From an uncultured Rhodospirillaceae bacterium (GTDB lineage: Bacteria > Pseudomonadota > Alphaproteobacteria > JAEULC01), in NCBI GenBank assembly GCA_964557415.1, contig CAZLBB010000001.1:3373-67372 (forward strand): a stretch of 64,000 bases of DNA. The letters run 5' to 3'. The translations under genes were made by a program, and so were the position numbers. The number at the start of each line of letters is the position of its first letter. Within the stretch, counting starts at the first letter, position 1. The notes beneath the pieces are model-generated. The model was not told where the DNA came from and did not search any database. It saw only the letters and a list, made by a program, of their open reading frames with translations. Positions 17,390-26,687 of this stretch are shown here, one piece after another.

Positions 17390-18171
17390 TGACTTTCGTC
17401 GGCCAGGATACCGGAGCCGACATGCACGGTCGATCGACCGCAACGTCCGGGGTGCGCTTCACGATCGTGGTTCCTGCCAGGAACGAGGCGGACAACCTGG
17501 GTGATGTCGTGCGCGAGATCGAAACCGTCCTTGGCAGGGAGAGCTTCGAGCTGATCGTGGTGGATGACGGCAGCAGCGACGGCACCACGGCGCTGCTGAC
17601 TGAGCTGTCGCGCCGGCACCGCTTCCTCCGTTGTCTCAGGCACAGAAAGAGCTGCGGCAAGAGCGCCGCGATCTCAAGCGGCATCCGCGCCGCGCGGGGT
17701 GCGCTGATCGCGACCATGGACGGCGACGGCCAGAACGACCCGCGCTTCCTCAAGCCGCTGCTCGCGCTGGCCGCAGAGCCCGGCGTCGGCCTCGCCGCCG
17801 GGCAGCGGACCCGGCACGCCCATTCGCCCGTCAGGCACTTCGCCTCGCGTTTAGCCAATCGGCTGCGCGCGTGGCTGCTCGGCGATGCGACGCGGGACAC
17901 GGCCTGCGGCCTCAAGGCGTTACGCAAGGACATCTTCCTGCAGCTGCCCTACTTCGACAACATGCACCGCTTCCTGCCGGCGCTAGTCTTGCATCAAGGC
18001 CTGGCGGTGCGGCATCTTGACGTCACCGACCGGCCACGCCTGCACGGGCGGTCGAAATATGGCCTGCTCGACCGGGCGCTCGCGGGCATGCTCGATCTTC
18101 TCGGCGTCGTCTGGCTGCTGCACCGGCGCCGGAATCTACCCGGCTTGTGGGAAGCGCCCCGCCGGCATTGA
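17386..18171 (+). CDS. Glycosyltransferase family 2 (ArnC/Dpm1-like polyprenyl-phosphate sugar synthase)
   Basis: ORF 17230..18171 trimmed to MMTFVGQD, which overlaps the upstream stop as ATGATGA. GT2 motifs FTIVVPARNEADNL, VVDDGSSDGT and DGDGQNDP. Confidence 0.75.
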   Translation: MMTFVGQDTGADMHGRSTATSGVRFTIVVPARNEADNLGDVVREIETVLGRESFELIVVDDGSSDGTTALLTELSRRHRFLRCLRHRKSCGKSAAISSGIRAARGALIATMDGDGQNDPRFLKPLLALAAEPGVGLAAGQRTRHAHSPVRHFASRLANRLRAWLLGDATRDTACGLKALRKDIFLQLPYFDNMHRFLPALVLHQGLAVRHLDVTDRPRLHGRSKYGLLDRALAGMLDLLGVVWLLHRRRNLPGLWEAPRRH

Positions 18172-18268
18172 TCCGGCCAGTCGCGCGCCGCGGCGGCCGT
18201 CGCCCGGCGAACACGCCGAGGCGCTTTTCGCGTGCATCCTCCCTGCTTGGCGCTATGGTTGCGCCCCC

Positions 18269-20104
18269 ATGGCTCCGCCTCCCCTACTCGCCTTGCGCGA
18301 CGCCGGCGTCCGTGTCGCCGAGCGGCAGATCTTCGCCGGCGTCAACCTGGCGCTCGGGCTCGGTGACCGCGTCTGCCTGGTCGGGCGCAACGGTTCCGGC
18401 AAGTCGACCCTGCTCAAGACGCTGGCCGGCGAGGCGGACCTCGACTCCGGCACGGTGTTCCGCCAGCCGGGGACGCGCGTCGCGTATGCACCGCAGGAGC
18501 CGATGTTCGATCCGGCGCTCACCGCCGGCGCGTTCGTCGCGCTCGGCCTGCCGCCGGAGGAGGCGGGGCAGGATCATCGCGTCGCGGCGGCGCTGGAAGA
18601 GGTCGTGATCGCCGCCGACCGCCCGCTCGCCACGCTGTCCGGCGGCGAGGGGCGGCGCCTGAGCCTCGCCCGGGCGCTGGTCGGCGAGCCCGACATCCTG
18701 CTGCTCGACGAGCCGACCAATCATCTGGACATCGCCGCGATCGAGTGGCTGGAGGCGCGCCTCGCCGCGCACCGTGCCGGGCTGCTGCTGATCAGCCACG
18801 ACCGCGCCTTCCTGGCGCGCCTGTCGCGCCGCACGCTGTGGCTCGACCGCGGCACGCTGCGCGAGCACGACCAGGGCTATGCCGCGTTCGAGGACTGGTC
18901 GGAGGCGATCCTCGCCGCCGAGAGCGCCGCCGACGCGAGGCTCGACAAGCTGATCGCGCGCGAGACGGCCTGGTCGCGCGAAGGCATCTCTGCCCGGCGC
19001 AAGCGCAACCAGGGGCGCCTGCGGCGCTTGCAGACGCTGCGACGCGAGCGCGCGGCGCGCGTCGTGCAGGGCATGGCCGTCATGGAAGCGGGTCGCGCCG
19101 AGACCGGCGGCCGGCTGGTATTCGAGCTGGATTCGGTGTCAAAGGCCTTTCCGGGCGCGGCCGCTCCGAAGATCATCGTGCGCAACTTTTCGACGCGCAT
19201 CCTGCGCGGCGACCGCGTCGGGCTGATCGGACGCAACGGCGCCGGCAAGTCCACGCTGGTCGGGCTCCTGACCGGTGCGATCGAGCCCGACGGCGGCACG
19301 GTACGCCGCGGCACGAACCTGTTGCCGGCGGTGTTCGAGCAGGATCGCGCGACGCTCGACCCTGACCGCACACTGTGGGACACGCTGACCGACGGCGGCG
19401 GCGAGATGATCGCCGTGCAGCAGACGCGGCGGCACGTCGCCTCGTACCTGAAGGACTTCCTGTTCGACGAGCGTCAGTTTCGCGCCAAGGTCTCGACCCT
19501 GTCCGGCGGCGAGCGCAACCGGCTGATGCTTGCCTGCATCCTGGCGCAGCCGTCGAACGTGCTGATCCTGGACGAGCCGACGAACGACCTCGACCTCGAG
19601 ACGCTCGACCTGCTGGAGCAGGTGCTGTCGGACTACGACGGCACGCTGCTGCTGGTCACGCACGACCGCGACTTCCTCGACCGCGTCGTCACCAGCACCA
19701 TCGCCGTCGAGGGCGACGGCGTGGTGCAGGAGTATGTCGGCGGCTACAGCGACTATTTGCGGCAGCGTCGCGCACCCGCACCGGCGAAGGCCGTGCCGCG
19801 ACCGGCGGCGAAGGAAGCATCGCGCCCGCCGGAAGCGCCACGCCCGCGCGCCGCGACGCGGCTCAGCTTCAGGGAGCAGCGCGAGCTCGATACGCTGCCT
19901 ACGGAGATCGAACGCCTGACGGCCGAGAAAGCCCGGATCGAATCCAGCCTCGCCGACCCCGACCTCATGGCCGGCGGCCGAGCGGCATTGGAGAGTGTCA
20001 CGCGCAGGCACGGCGAGCTGTCGGCGGCGCTGGCCGCCGCCGAGGAGCGCTGGTTGAATCTGGCGGAACGCGCGGAAGTGCTCACGCGACGAAAGGCGGA
20101 ATAG
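18269..20104 (+). CDS. ABC-F family ATPase (Uup/EttA-like, two ABC domains plus C-terminal coiled coil)
   Basis: ORF 18017..20104 trimmed to MAPPPLLALRDAGVRVAERQ. Two Walker A motifs (GRNGSGKST, GRNGAGKST), two LSGGE signatures and a C-terminal coiled-coil tail. Confidence 0.85.
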   Translation: MAPPPLLALRDAGVRVAERQIFAGVNLALGLGDRVCLVGRNGSGKSTLLKTLAGEADLDSGTVFRQPGTRVAYAPQEPMFDPALTAGAFVALGLPPEEAGQDHRVAAALEEVVIAADRPLATLSGGEGRRLSLARALVGEPDILLLDEPTNHLDIAAIEWLEARLAAHRAGLLLISHDRAFLARLSRRTLWLDRGTLREHDQGYAAFEDWSEAILAAESAADARLDKLIARETAWSREGISARRKRNQGRLRRLQTLRRERAARVVQGMAVMEAGRAETGGRLVFELDSVSKAFPGAAAPKIIVRNFSTRILRGDRVGLIGRNGAGKSTLVGLLTGAIEPDGGTVRRGTNLLPAVFEQDRATLDPDRTLWDTLTDGGGEMIAVQQTRRHVASYLKDFLFDERQFRAKVSTLSGGERNRLMLACILAQPSNVLILDEPTNDLDLETLDLLEQVLSDYDGTLLLVTHDRDFLDRVVTSTIAVEGDGVVQEYVGGYSDYLRQRRAPAPAKAVPRPAAKEASRPPEAPRPRAATRLSFREQRELDTLPTEIERLTAEKARIESSLADPDLMAGGRAALESVTRRHGELSAALAAAEERWLNLAERAEVLTRRKAE

Positions 20105-20110
20105 CGGACC

Positions 20111-20129
20111 CGCGCCCGTGAAGGGCGCG
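20111..20129. terminator. Short GC hairpin between convergent genes (possible bidirectional terminator)
   Basis: cgcgccc-gtgaa-gggcgcg, a 7-bp stem with a 5-nt loop, lies between the ABC-F stop and the stop of the minus-strand membrane protein. No clear U-tract follows. Confidence 0.25.
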
Positions 20130-20136
20130 CGTCGAA

Positions 20137-20976
20137 TCATGCACCCTGGTCGATGTTCATACCGCGGGCGACCAGCGAAGTCGGTGCGTCGTCCCGTGCT
20201 GGGACGCCCACCAGACCGACAAGACCTTGGGCAGGATGCCCGATCGATCGTGAGTTCCGCGATACGTGCCAGACGGTCATCCACAGCACGAAGATCAGGT
20301 TGATGATCAGCATCCACTCCCAGAGGGCCTTGCTGAAGACGAGCCAGGGCAGCTTTTTTTCCGGAAAGTCCGATCCGAACAGATCGGGGGAGTGCGTCGC
20401 CAGCCACACGATCTCGCAGATCCCGGTCGCGATCAGCGGCAACCCGATGAGGACGGCCGTGAGAGCGCCATACAACTGCGCATCGCGCGATCCCGGCGCC
20501 TGGCGGATCGCAATGGCCGTGAAGCAGGCAAAGCCGAAGGCGTAGCCGCCGAATCCGGCGCCGGTCGCCACTTCGTGGACGAATCGCACTTTCCCGAGAT
20601 TCGGAAAGAGAGCCCCCTCGATGCCCAGGGTCACCAACGCCACGGCGCCGATATACAGCAGCGCCAGGCCAAGACGGTTCAGCGATTGACGTCGCGGGAG
20701 CGTCAGGAACAGGTAGTGGACAACCGGCACCGACAGCAGGCCGACGAGGATCAGGCCGACACCGAAATAACGGTGGCCGAGAGGGTTGTCGCGCGCGGAG
20801 GCCAGGGAGGAAACCCAGCGGTAGCGCAGATCGAACGCGGTCGGGTAATAGGATGCGGCGATCGCGACCGAGCCGAAGAAGCTGGCCACGATCAGCAGGC
20901 ACAGGACATGGGCCGCCGTCGTGGATGGTGCCAGGGCGCGCAACGCACGGACGGCAGCCGGACTAACCAACGCCAC
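20137..20976 (-). CDS. Hypothetical polytopic membrane protein
   Basis: 279 aa, about 7 predicted TM segments, no recognisable motif. Overlaps the upstream LptF/G-like gene by 14 nt; the start is uncertain. Confidence 0.5.
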   Translation of the reverse strand: MALVSPAAVRALRALAPSTTAAHVLCLLIVASFFGSVAIAASYYPTAFDLRYRWVSSLASARDNPLGHRYFGVGLILVGLLSVPVVHYLFLTLPRRQSLNRLGLALLYIGAVALVTLGIEGALFPNLGKVRFVHEVATGAGFGGYAFGFACFTAIAIRQAPGSRDAQLYGALTAVLIGLPLIATGICEIVWLATHSPDLFGSDFPEKKLPWLVFSKALWEWMLIINLIFVLWMTVWHVSRNSRSIGHPAQGLVGLVGVPARDDAPTSLVARGMNIDQGA

Positions 20977-22156
20977 CGTCCCTCATCGACGGTGCGGTCC
21001 TGCGCCAGGTCGGCATGGAGAGCGCTGCGTAGCGCTGCAACCGACCAAGCAGCTCGCCGCGCGGAAGTCGCCTGTCGCAGTACGCGAGCATGAGCGCACA
21101 GGCAAGTCCCGGCAGGATCGTGTTCAGGTGGATAACCGGCACCAGAACCGTGGCTTTCGATGCCGCGCTGGCAAGGAGCAGGTTCAGCGCCTGCACGATC
21201 AGGACGGCGCCGCAGGCAAAGAGGATGCGCACGCGCGCGCCACGGCGGTCGTACGCTCCGACGAGCAATGCGCACAAAGCGATCGCGACATAGGTCAGGC
21301 ACAGCAGCGGCAAGGCAATGCGCTGATTGCCTTCCGCCAGGGATCGACCGTAGAGCTCGCGATCGCGCGGCGTCTCGGTCGGTGGATTCAGCAGCTCCAT
21401 GAGGCCGCGTTCGGCCATGCCGCGCTCGCGAATCCGGGCGGGTCCGGACTCGCGCATGTCGATCTCCGTGACGTGCTGCTCGAAATAGACCATCGAAAGC
21501 TTTCCGGTGCGCCGCTCGAACTCCTGCATATTGCCGCGCTTGAGCAGGACTTTGTTGACGTCGCCCACGCGCGACAAGAGGGCGCTTTCGGCGGTGACGG
21601 TCTTCGAGCGCTCCGGGTCGCGGTCGTCCTGGACGAGGACCCCGATCAGCTCGCCGCTTCGCGTGCGCTCCCGGACGTATATGGTGACCTTCGCCCCGAG
21701 CCGGCTGAACTCGCCCTCCTTGATCATCAGGTTCGCGACGCGGTGCTTCAGGAAGAATTCGATATCCTTGAACTCGCCGAACGATGCCGGCATGAAATAG
21801 GCCGACATCGACAGGCATACCAGCGTCGTGGCGCCGGCGACGATGACCGCAGGCAGCGCGAGCGCGGCGCTGCTCATGCCGGCCGAGCGCAGCACCACGA
21901 GCTCGTTGTCGATGCTCAGCTTGTGATAGATGAAAAGTACGCTGGCGAACCCGGCGAGCGGCAACAGGCCGAACAGCAGCATCGGCATGGTCAGCAGCAT
22001 GATGTACAGGTAGACGGAGACCGACAGGCCGCGGTTGATGATGTAGTCCAGGAACACCAGGGACCGCGTGATGCATGCGACGGCGACGACGATCGCGATA
22101 ACTGCGACGGTGGTCTTGACCAGGGCGCCGAGGATGTAGCGCTGCGGCAGGGTCAT
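20963..22156 (-). CDS. LptF/LptG (YjgP/YjgQ) family permease, orphan
   Basis: 397 aa. N-terminal MTLPQRYILGALVKTTV and overall YjgP/YjgQ topology. No LptB-like ATPase or partner permease is adjacent. Confidence 0.75.
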   Translation of the reverse strand: MTLPQRYILGALVKTTVAVIAIVVAVACITRSLVFLDYIINRGLSVSVYLYIMLLTMPMLLFGLLPLAGFASVLFIYHKLSIDNELVVLRSAGMSSAALALPAVIVAGATTLVCLSMSAYFMPASFGEFKDIEFFLKHRVANLMIKEGEFSRLGAKVTIYVRERTRSGELIGVLVQDDRDPERSKTVTAESALLSRVGDVNKVLLKRGNMQEFERRTGKLSMVYFEQHVTEIDMRESGPARIRERGMAERGLMELLNPPTETPRDRELYGRSLAEGNQRIALPLLCLTYVAIALCALLVGAYDRRGARVRILFACGAVLIVQALNLLLASAASKATVLVPVIHLNTILPGLACALMLAYCDRRLPRGELLGRLQRYAALSMPTWRRTAPSMRDGGVG

Positions 22157-22353
22157 GGCGCGCGCAGCACTCCGCGGCCATGCGCGCCGGCGCCCGGGGC
22201 CTGATTCGCGGTATTACCTCGCGAGTCGCGCATCGAGAATGCCCATCAACCAAATTGACCGCGCAAAACCGAACGACCGTAACATGCGGACGGCAGCCAA
22301 GAGAAGCCGTACCCCTTCCGGCCCGCCGTCCTGAACCGCGCTCCCCAAACGAA

Positions 22354-22384
22354 GAAGGACCGCTTCTCGCGAAGCGGCCCTTCC
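22354..22384 (-). terminator. Hairpin downstream of the DMGDH-family gene (candidate intrinsic terminator or 5' UTR structure)
   Basis: aaggaccgcttc-tcgc-gaagcggccctt, a 12-bp stem with one mismatch. On the minus-strand transcript it is followed by uucguuugg. It lies about 220 nt after the DMGDH stop and about 200 nt before the LptF/G-like start. Confidence 0.3.
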
Positions 22385-22605
22385 ATTGTCCCTCGGTCGG
22401 TGCCGAGGACCAAAACGTCGGATCAGCTCACGCCCTGTCCAAGGCGGAGACAACCCAGGTCCCGGTGGTCGACCGAACATGACAATGAGACACTGGATCA
22501 CCTCCTTTCACGTTGTTGAACATGTGCAGCAATATGGCAAGGCGGGCGCGGTGTCACAAGAGTATTATTGCAGGCGGTATGCTGAGAATTGCCGCCGAAT
22601 CGCCC

Positions 22606-25041
22606 CTACATCCGCATTCGCTTCGCCTCGGGATCGAATAGTGGCTCGGCGACGACGGTGGCCTTGCGGCGGGCGCCGATGATCTCGATCTCAAAGGCGC
22701 CCTTGCCCGGGTCGCCGGCCAGTTCCTTCGGCACGTAGCCCTGCGCCAGCGACCGGTCGACGAAGTGCCCGTAGCCGCCCGAGGTGACCCAGCCGACCAC
22801 CCTGCCCCGGTGCCAGATCGGCTCGTCGCCCAGCACGTCGGCGTCCCCCGCGTCGACCACCATGCTGACCCGGCGCAGCCTGCCGCCGGTCTCCTTTTCC
22901 TTCATCGCGGCGTCGCGGCCAACGAAGTCGTTCTTGGCCAGATCGACGAAGCGGTCGAGCCCCGCCTCGAAGGGGCCGTAGATCGGCCGGAGCTCGCGGT
23001 ACCAGGTGGGGAAATTCTTCTCGAGCCGCAGCGAAAGCAGCGCCCGCATGCCGAAATTGATGACGCCTAGATCCCGGCCCGCCACCATGATCGCCTGGTA
23101 GAGCCGGCGCTGGTATTCCGGCGCCACCCAGATCTCGTAGCCAAGATCACCCGTATAGGTGACCCGGTTGACCATGGCCGGCACGCTGGCGACGTCCATC
23201 GCGCGGTGGTCGAGGAACTTGAACGCGGCATTCGACACGTCCGCGTCGGTCAGCTTCTGCAGCAGGTCGCGCGACTTCGGACCGGCGATGGACAGGCCGA
23301 CCAGGCTCATGTCGTAGCGCCGGATGCGGACGGAGCCGTCCATCGGCAGATGCCGCTCGAACCAGCGCATGTGGTGCTTCTGCGCCTGCGACGAGCCCCA
23401 GACGACGAAGCGCTCGTCGCCCGCCTTGGCGATGGTGAAGTCGCCGATCAGCTTGCCTTGCGGGTTCAGCATGGGCGTCAGGACGATGCGGCCCGCGCGC
23501 GGCATGCGGTTGGTCATGAGACGCGACAGCAAGGCCTCGGCGCCGGGGCCGGCCACCTCGTACTTGGCGAAATTGGCGATCTCGGTGACGCCGACGCCGT
23601 TGCGCACGCCGAGGCATTCCGCCTTCACGTGCGGGAAGTCGTTGGAGCGGTGGAACGACACGATGTCGGCGGCCTCGACGCCCGGTGGCGCGAACCACAG
23701 CGGCGTCTCGAGGCCCCAGCTGTCGCCCATCACCGCACCCTGGGCGATCATGACGTCGTAGAGCGGCGTGGTCTGCTGCGGCCGTGCCGCCGGCAGTTCC
23801 TCGTTGGGGAAGCGGATCGAGAAGCGGCGCGAATAGTTCTCGCGCACCTTGGCGTTGGTGTAAGGGCGCGTCGCCCATTCGCCGAAGCGCGCGATATCCA
23901 TGGCCCAGACGTCGAAGCCCGGATCGCCATCGACCATCCATTGCGACAGCGCCAGGCCCACGCCGCCGCCCTGGCTGAACCCGGCCATGACGGCGCAGGC
24001 GCACCAGAAATTCCGCAGGCCCTGCACCGGGCCGACCAGGGGATTGCCGTCGGGCGAGAAGGTGAAGGGCCCGTTGATCACACGCTTGATGCCGGCCTTG
24101 GCCATGGCGGGGAAATGCCTGAACCCCAGCTCGAGCGACGGCGCGATGCGGTCGAGGTCGGGCGGCAGCAGCTCGGTGCCGAAATCCCACGGCGTGGTGC
24201 GCGGCTGCCAGGGCACGCAGGCCTTCTCGTAGGTGCCGAGCACCATGCCGCTGCGCTCCTGCCGCATGTAGATCTCGGCCTTGAAGTCGATGGCGTGCGG
24301 CAGTTCGCGCCCGTTCTCCTTGTTGAAGGCGATGACCTCGGGCATGTCCTCGGTCACGAGATACATGTGCTCCATGGCGAGCACCGGCAGCTCGAGCCCG
24401 ACCATGCGGCCGATCTCACGCGCCCACAGGCCGCCGCAATTCACCACGTGCTCGGCCTGGATGCTGCCCTTGGTCGTGACCACGTCCCAGCCCCCGTCCG
24501 TGCGGGGATTGAGCGCGGTCACGCGCGTCTGCAGATAGATTTCGGCGCCGGCGATGCGCGCCGACTTGGCGTAGGCGTGGGTCGTGCCGGCCGGGTCGAG
24601 GTTGCCGTCGGCGGCGTCGAGCATGGCGCCGACGAAATACCGGTCGTCGAGCAGCGGCATCAGCTTGCGCGCCTCGGCCGCGCTCATCAGCTCGGTCTCG
24701 AGTCCGAGATAGCGAGCGCGCGCATGCGCCATCTTGAGCCACTCCATGCGCTCGGGCGTGTCCGCCAGCATCAGCCCGCCGGAGCGGTGCAGGCCGCAGG
24801 ACTGGCCGGAGATCTTCTCCAGCTCGTCGTAGAGTCCGATCGTGTAGCCCTGCAGCTTGGCGACGTTGGGATCGCCGTTCAGCGTGTGGAAGCCGCCGGC
24901 CGCGTGCCAGGTCGAGCCCGAGGTGAGCTGGTCGCGTTCGACCAGCACCACGTCGCGCCAGCCGGCCTTGGTCAGGTGATAGAGAACGCTGCAGCCGACT
25001 ACGCCGCCGCCGACGACCACGACCTGCGCATGCGACTTCAT
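22606..25041 (-). CDS. Dimethylglycine/sarcosine dehydrogenase family protein (FAD oxidoreductase plus GcvT-like aminomethyltransferase domains)
   Basis: ORF 22606..25077 trimmed to MKSHAQVVVVGGGVVGCSVLYHL, an FAD Rossmann motif. C-terminal GcvT-like folate-binding domain (GRVVGWVTSGGYGHFVDRSLAQGYV). Confidence 0.85.
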   Translation of the reverse strand: MKSHAQVVVVGGGVVGCSVLYHLTKAGWRDVVLVERDQLTSGSTWHAAGGFHTLNGDPNVAKLQGYTIGLYDELEKISGQSCGLHRSGGLMLADTPERMEWLKMAHARARYLGLETELMSAAEARKLMPLLDDRYFVGAMLDAADGNLDPAGTTHAYAKSARIAGAEIYLQTRVTALNPRTDGGWDVVTTKGSIQAEHVVNCGGLWAREIGRMVGLELPVLAMEHMYLVTEDMPEVIAFNKENGRELPHAIDFKAEIYMRQERSGMVLGTYEKACVPWQPRTTPWDFGTELLPPDLDRIAPSLELGFRHFPAMAKAGIKRVINGPFTFSPDGNPLVGPVQGLRNFWCACAVMAGFSQGGGVGLALSQWMVDGDPGFDVWAMDIARFGEWATRPYTNAKVRENYSRRFSIRFPNEELPAARPQQTTPLYDVMIAQGAVMGDSWGLETPLWFAPPGVEAADIVSFHRSNDFPHVKAECLGVRNGVGVTEIANFAKYEVAGPGAEALLSRLMTNRMPRAGRIVLTPMLNPQGKLIGDFTIAKAGDERFVVWGSSQAQKHHMRWFERHLPMDGSVRIRRYDMSLVGLSIAGPKSRDLLQKLTDADVSNAAFKFLDHRAMDVASVPAMVNRVTYTGDLGYEIWVAPEYQRRLYQAIMVAGRDLGVINFGMRALLSLRLEKNFPTWYRELRPIYGPFEAGLDRFVDLAKNDFVGRDAAMKEKETGGRLRRVSMVVDAGDADVLGDEPIWHRGRVVGWVTSGGYGHFVDRSLAQGYVPKELAGDPGKGAFEIEIIGARRKATVVAEPLFDPEAKRMRM

Positions 25042-25119
25042 GGATGCCGCCCCCCCTTCGCGACAGCACTCGGCCACAGGCGGGCGGGACGCGTCAAGCG
25101 CGTGGCACCGCCCGCGCCC

Positions 25120-26121
25120 TCAATCTGGCACGGAGAACCGATACTCCGTGGTCTGGCGATATTCCTCGCCCGGGCGCAGGATGACCGTCGGGAAGTTCGG
25201 GTGATTGACGGAGTCGGGGAAGCGCTGAGGCTCCAGGCACAGACCGGCATGCGGGAAATGGCGCTGGCCGTCGATGCCGCGCGCGCCTGGACTGAGATTC
25301 GCGCTGTCGTAGAGCTGCAGGCCCGGCTCGGTGGTCCACAGCTCCATGGCCAGGTCGCGCACCGGCGATTCCGCGCGCGCCGCTCGCCTGAGCGTGCCGG
25401 ATGGGCCGCGCAGCACCATGTTGATGTCGTAGCGATGCCCCGACGCGCCGATGGCGCGCGGTGCGCGGAAATCGTATGGCGTGCCGGCGACGGGCGCGAT
25501 CACGCCGGTCGGGATCAGCCGGTCATCCGTCGGCGTGTAGGCATCGGCCTCGACCGTCAGGAGGTGATCGCGGATGTCGCCGGACGCCGCGAGCGTGAAG
25601 TAGGAATGCTGCGCCAGGTTGACCGGACCCGGCGCCGTCGTGCGCGCGCGCAATTCCACACGCAGCGTCGCCGGCGCCTCCAGGCTGTAGCGGCAAGTCG
25701 CCTCGACCGCGCCGGGATAGCCCTGGTCGCCGTCGGCCGAAGTGAGGCCGAGCCGCACATGCGCCGCGCCGGACTCGATCAGCCGCCACGGACGATGGCC
25801 GAAGCCGGGCGATCCGCCGTGCAGGTGCGTGCGGCCCTTTTCGTTCAGCGCCAAGCGGTATTCGCATCCGTCCAGCACGAAGCGGCCGCCGGCGATGCGG
25901 TTGGCGCAACGCCCGACCACGACGCCGAGATTGGCACGGTTGCCACGGTAGCTGTCCGGGTCGTCGAATCCCAGCACGACGCGCCGCGCTCCGTTGCGCA
26001 AGGGCACGACCAGCCCGCGGATCGCCGCACCCCAGGTCAACACCGAAGCGGCCATGCCGCCGAGGCGCAGACCGATCTCTTGTATGGGATCGAGGTCGCG
26101 CTTGTCCGCCAGGATCGGCAT
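25120..26121 (-). CDS. Aldose 1-epimerase (galactose mutarotase family)
   Basis: ORF trimmed to MPILADKRDLDPIQ. Mutarotase motifs NEKGRTHLHGG and GDQGYPG. Lies 78 bp upstream of the DMGDH gene on the same strand. Confidence 0.8.
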   Translation of the reverse strand: MPILADKRDLDPIQEIGLRLGGMAASVLTWGAAIRGLVVPLRNGARRVVLGFDDPDSYRGNRANLGVVVGRCANRIAGGRFVLDGCEYRLALNEKGRTHLHGGSPGFGHRPWRLIESGAAHVRLGLTSADGDQGYPGAVEATCRYSLEAPATLRVELRARTTAPGPVNLAQHSYFTLAASGDIRDHLLTVEADAYTPTDDRLIPTGVIAPVAGTPYDFRAPRAIGASGHRYDINMVLRGPSGTLRRAARAESPVRDLAMELWTTEPGLQLYDSANLSPGARGIDGQRHFPHAGLCLEPQRFPDSVNHPNFPTVILRPGEEYRQTTEYRFSVPD

Positions 26122-26318
26122 CTCGCTGCCTTGTCTACTCGAGAGCCGCGCACAGTGGCCCAGCCGGCGGCCGCGAGCAAGCCCGGCTGGACCGCAGGGC
26201 CGCGGCATTCCAGAAGCGCCGCCCACGGTGTAGGATTTCGGGCCGCAGTGGGGAGAACATGCCCGCACCACGTTCCGCCGGGAAGCCGCAGCTCGATGAT
26301 GGCGCGGACGAGCTTGTC

Positions 26319-26675
26319 ATGCCGGGAGACGACCTGCGGCTGATGGTACGCGTTGCCTTCGGCGAGCACGGCGCGCTCGGACCCGGCAAGATCAAGCTGC
26401 TCGAGCTGATCGAGCGGCACGGATCCATCACCGCGGCGGCCAAGGTCATGGGCGTCTCGTACCGGCGCGCCTGGCTGCTGGTCGAGGGCATGAAGCAGGC
26501 CTTCCGCGACCCCGTCGTCGCCACCCAGCATGGCGGCGCCAAGGGCGGTGGTTCGGGCTTGACGCCGATCGGCCGCGAGATCGTTCAGCGCTACCGCGCG
26601 ATCGAGCGCACCGCCCGCGCCGCCGTGGGCGGCCAGCTGCGCAGGCTCAAGCGGGTGCTGCGGAGCTCCGGGTAG
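26319..26675 (+). CDS. ModE N-terminal-domain-like winged-helix regulator (no TOBE domains)
   Basis: IKLLELIERHGSITAAAKVMGVSYRRAWLLVEGMKQAF...HGGAKGGGSGLTPIGREIV matches the ModE N-terminal HTH pattern. The start could be 26259, 26319 or 26343. Confidence 0.65.
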   Translation: MPGDDLRLMVRVAFGEHGALGPGKIKLLELIERHGSITAAAKVMGVSYRRAWLLVEGMKQAFRDPVVATQHGGAKGGGSGLTPIGREIVQRYRAIERTARAAVGGQLRRLKRVLRSSG

Positions 26676-26687
26676 GCTTCCGCCGGC

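Noticed and set aside
18017-18268. N-terminal 84-aa extension of the ABC-F ORF (and similar extensions on about 20 other ORF-track entries)
   Set aside because: The extensions are Cys/Arg/Gly-rich and unlike protein N-termini. The true starts were chosen at the first Met or GTG with an SD-like sequence and, where applicable, a signal peptide or a conserved family N-terminus.
23206-26343. Plus-strand 1045-aa ORF, the longest in the window
   Set aside because: Antisense to the DMGDH and aldose-epimerase genes. Its composition is dominated by Arg, Ala, Gly and Asp. It is a high-GC artefact.
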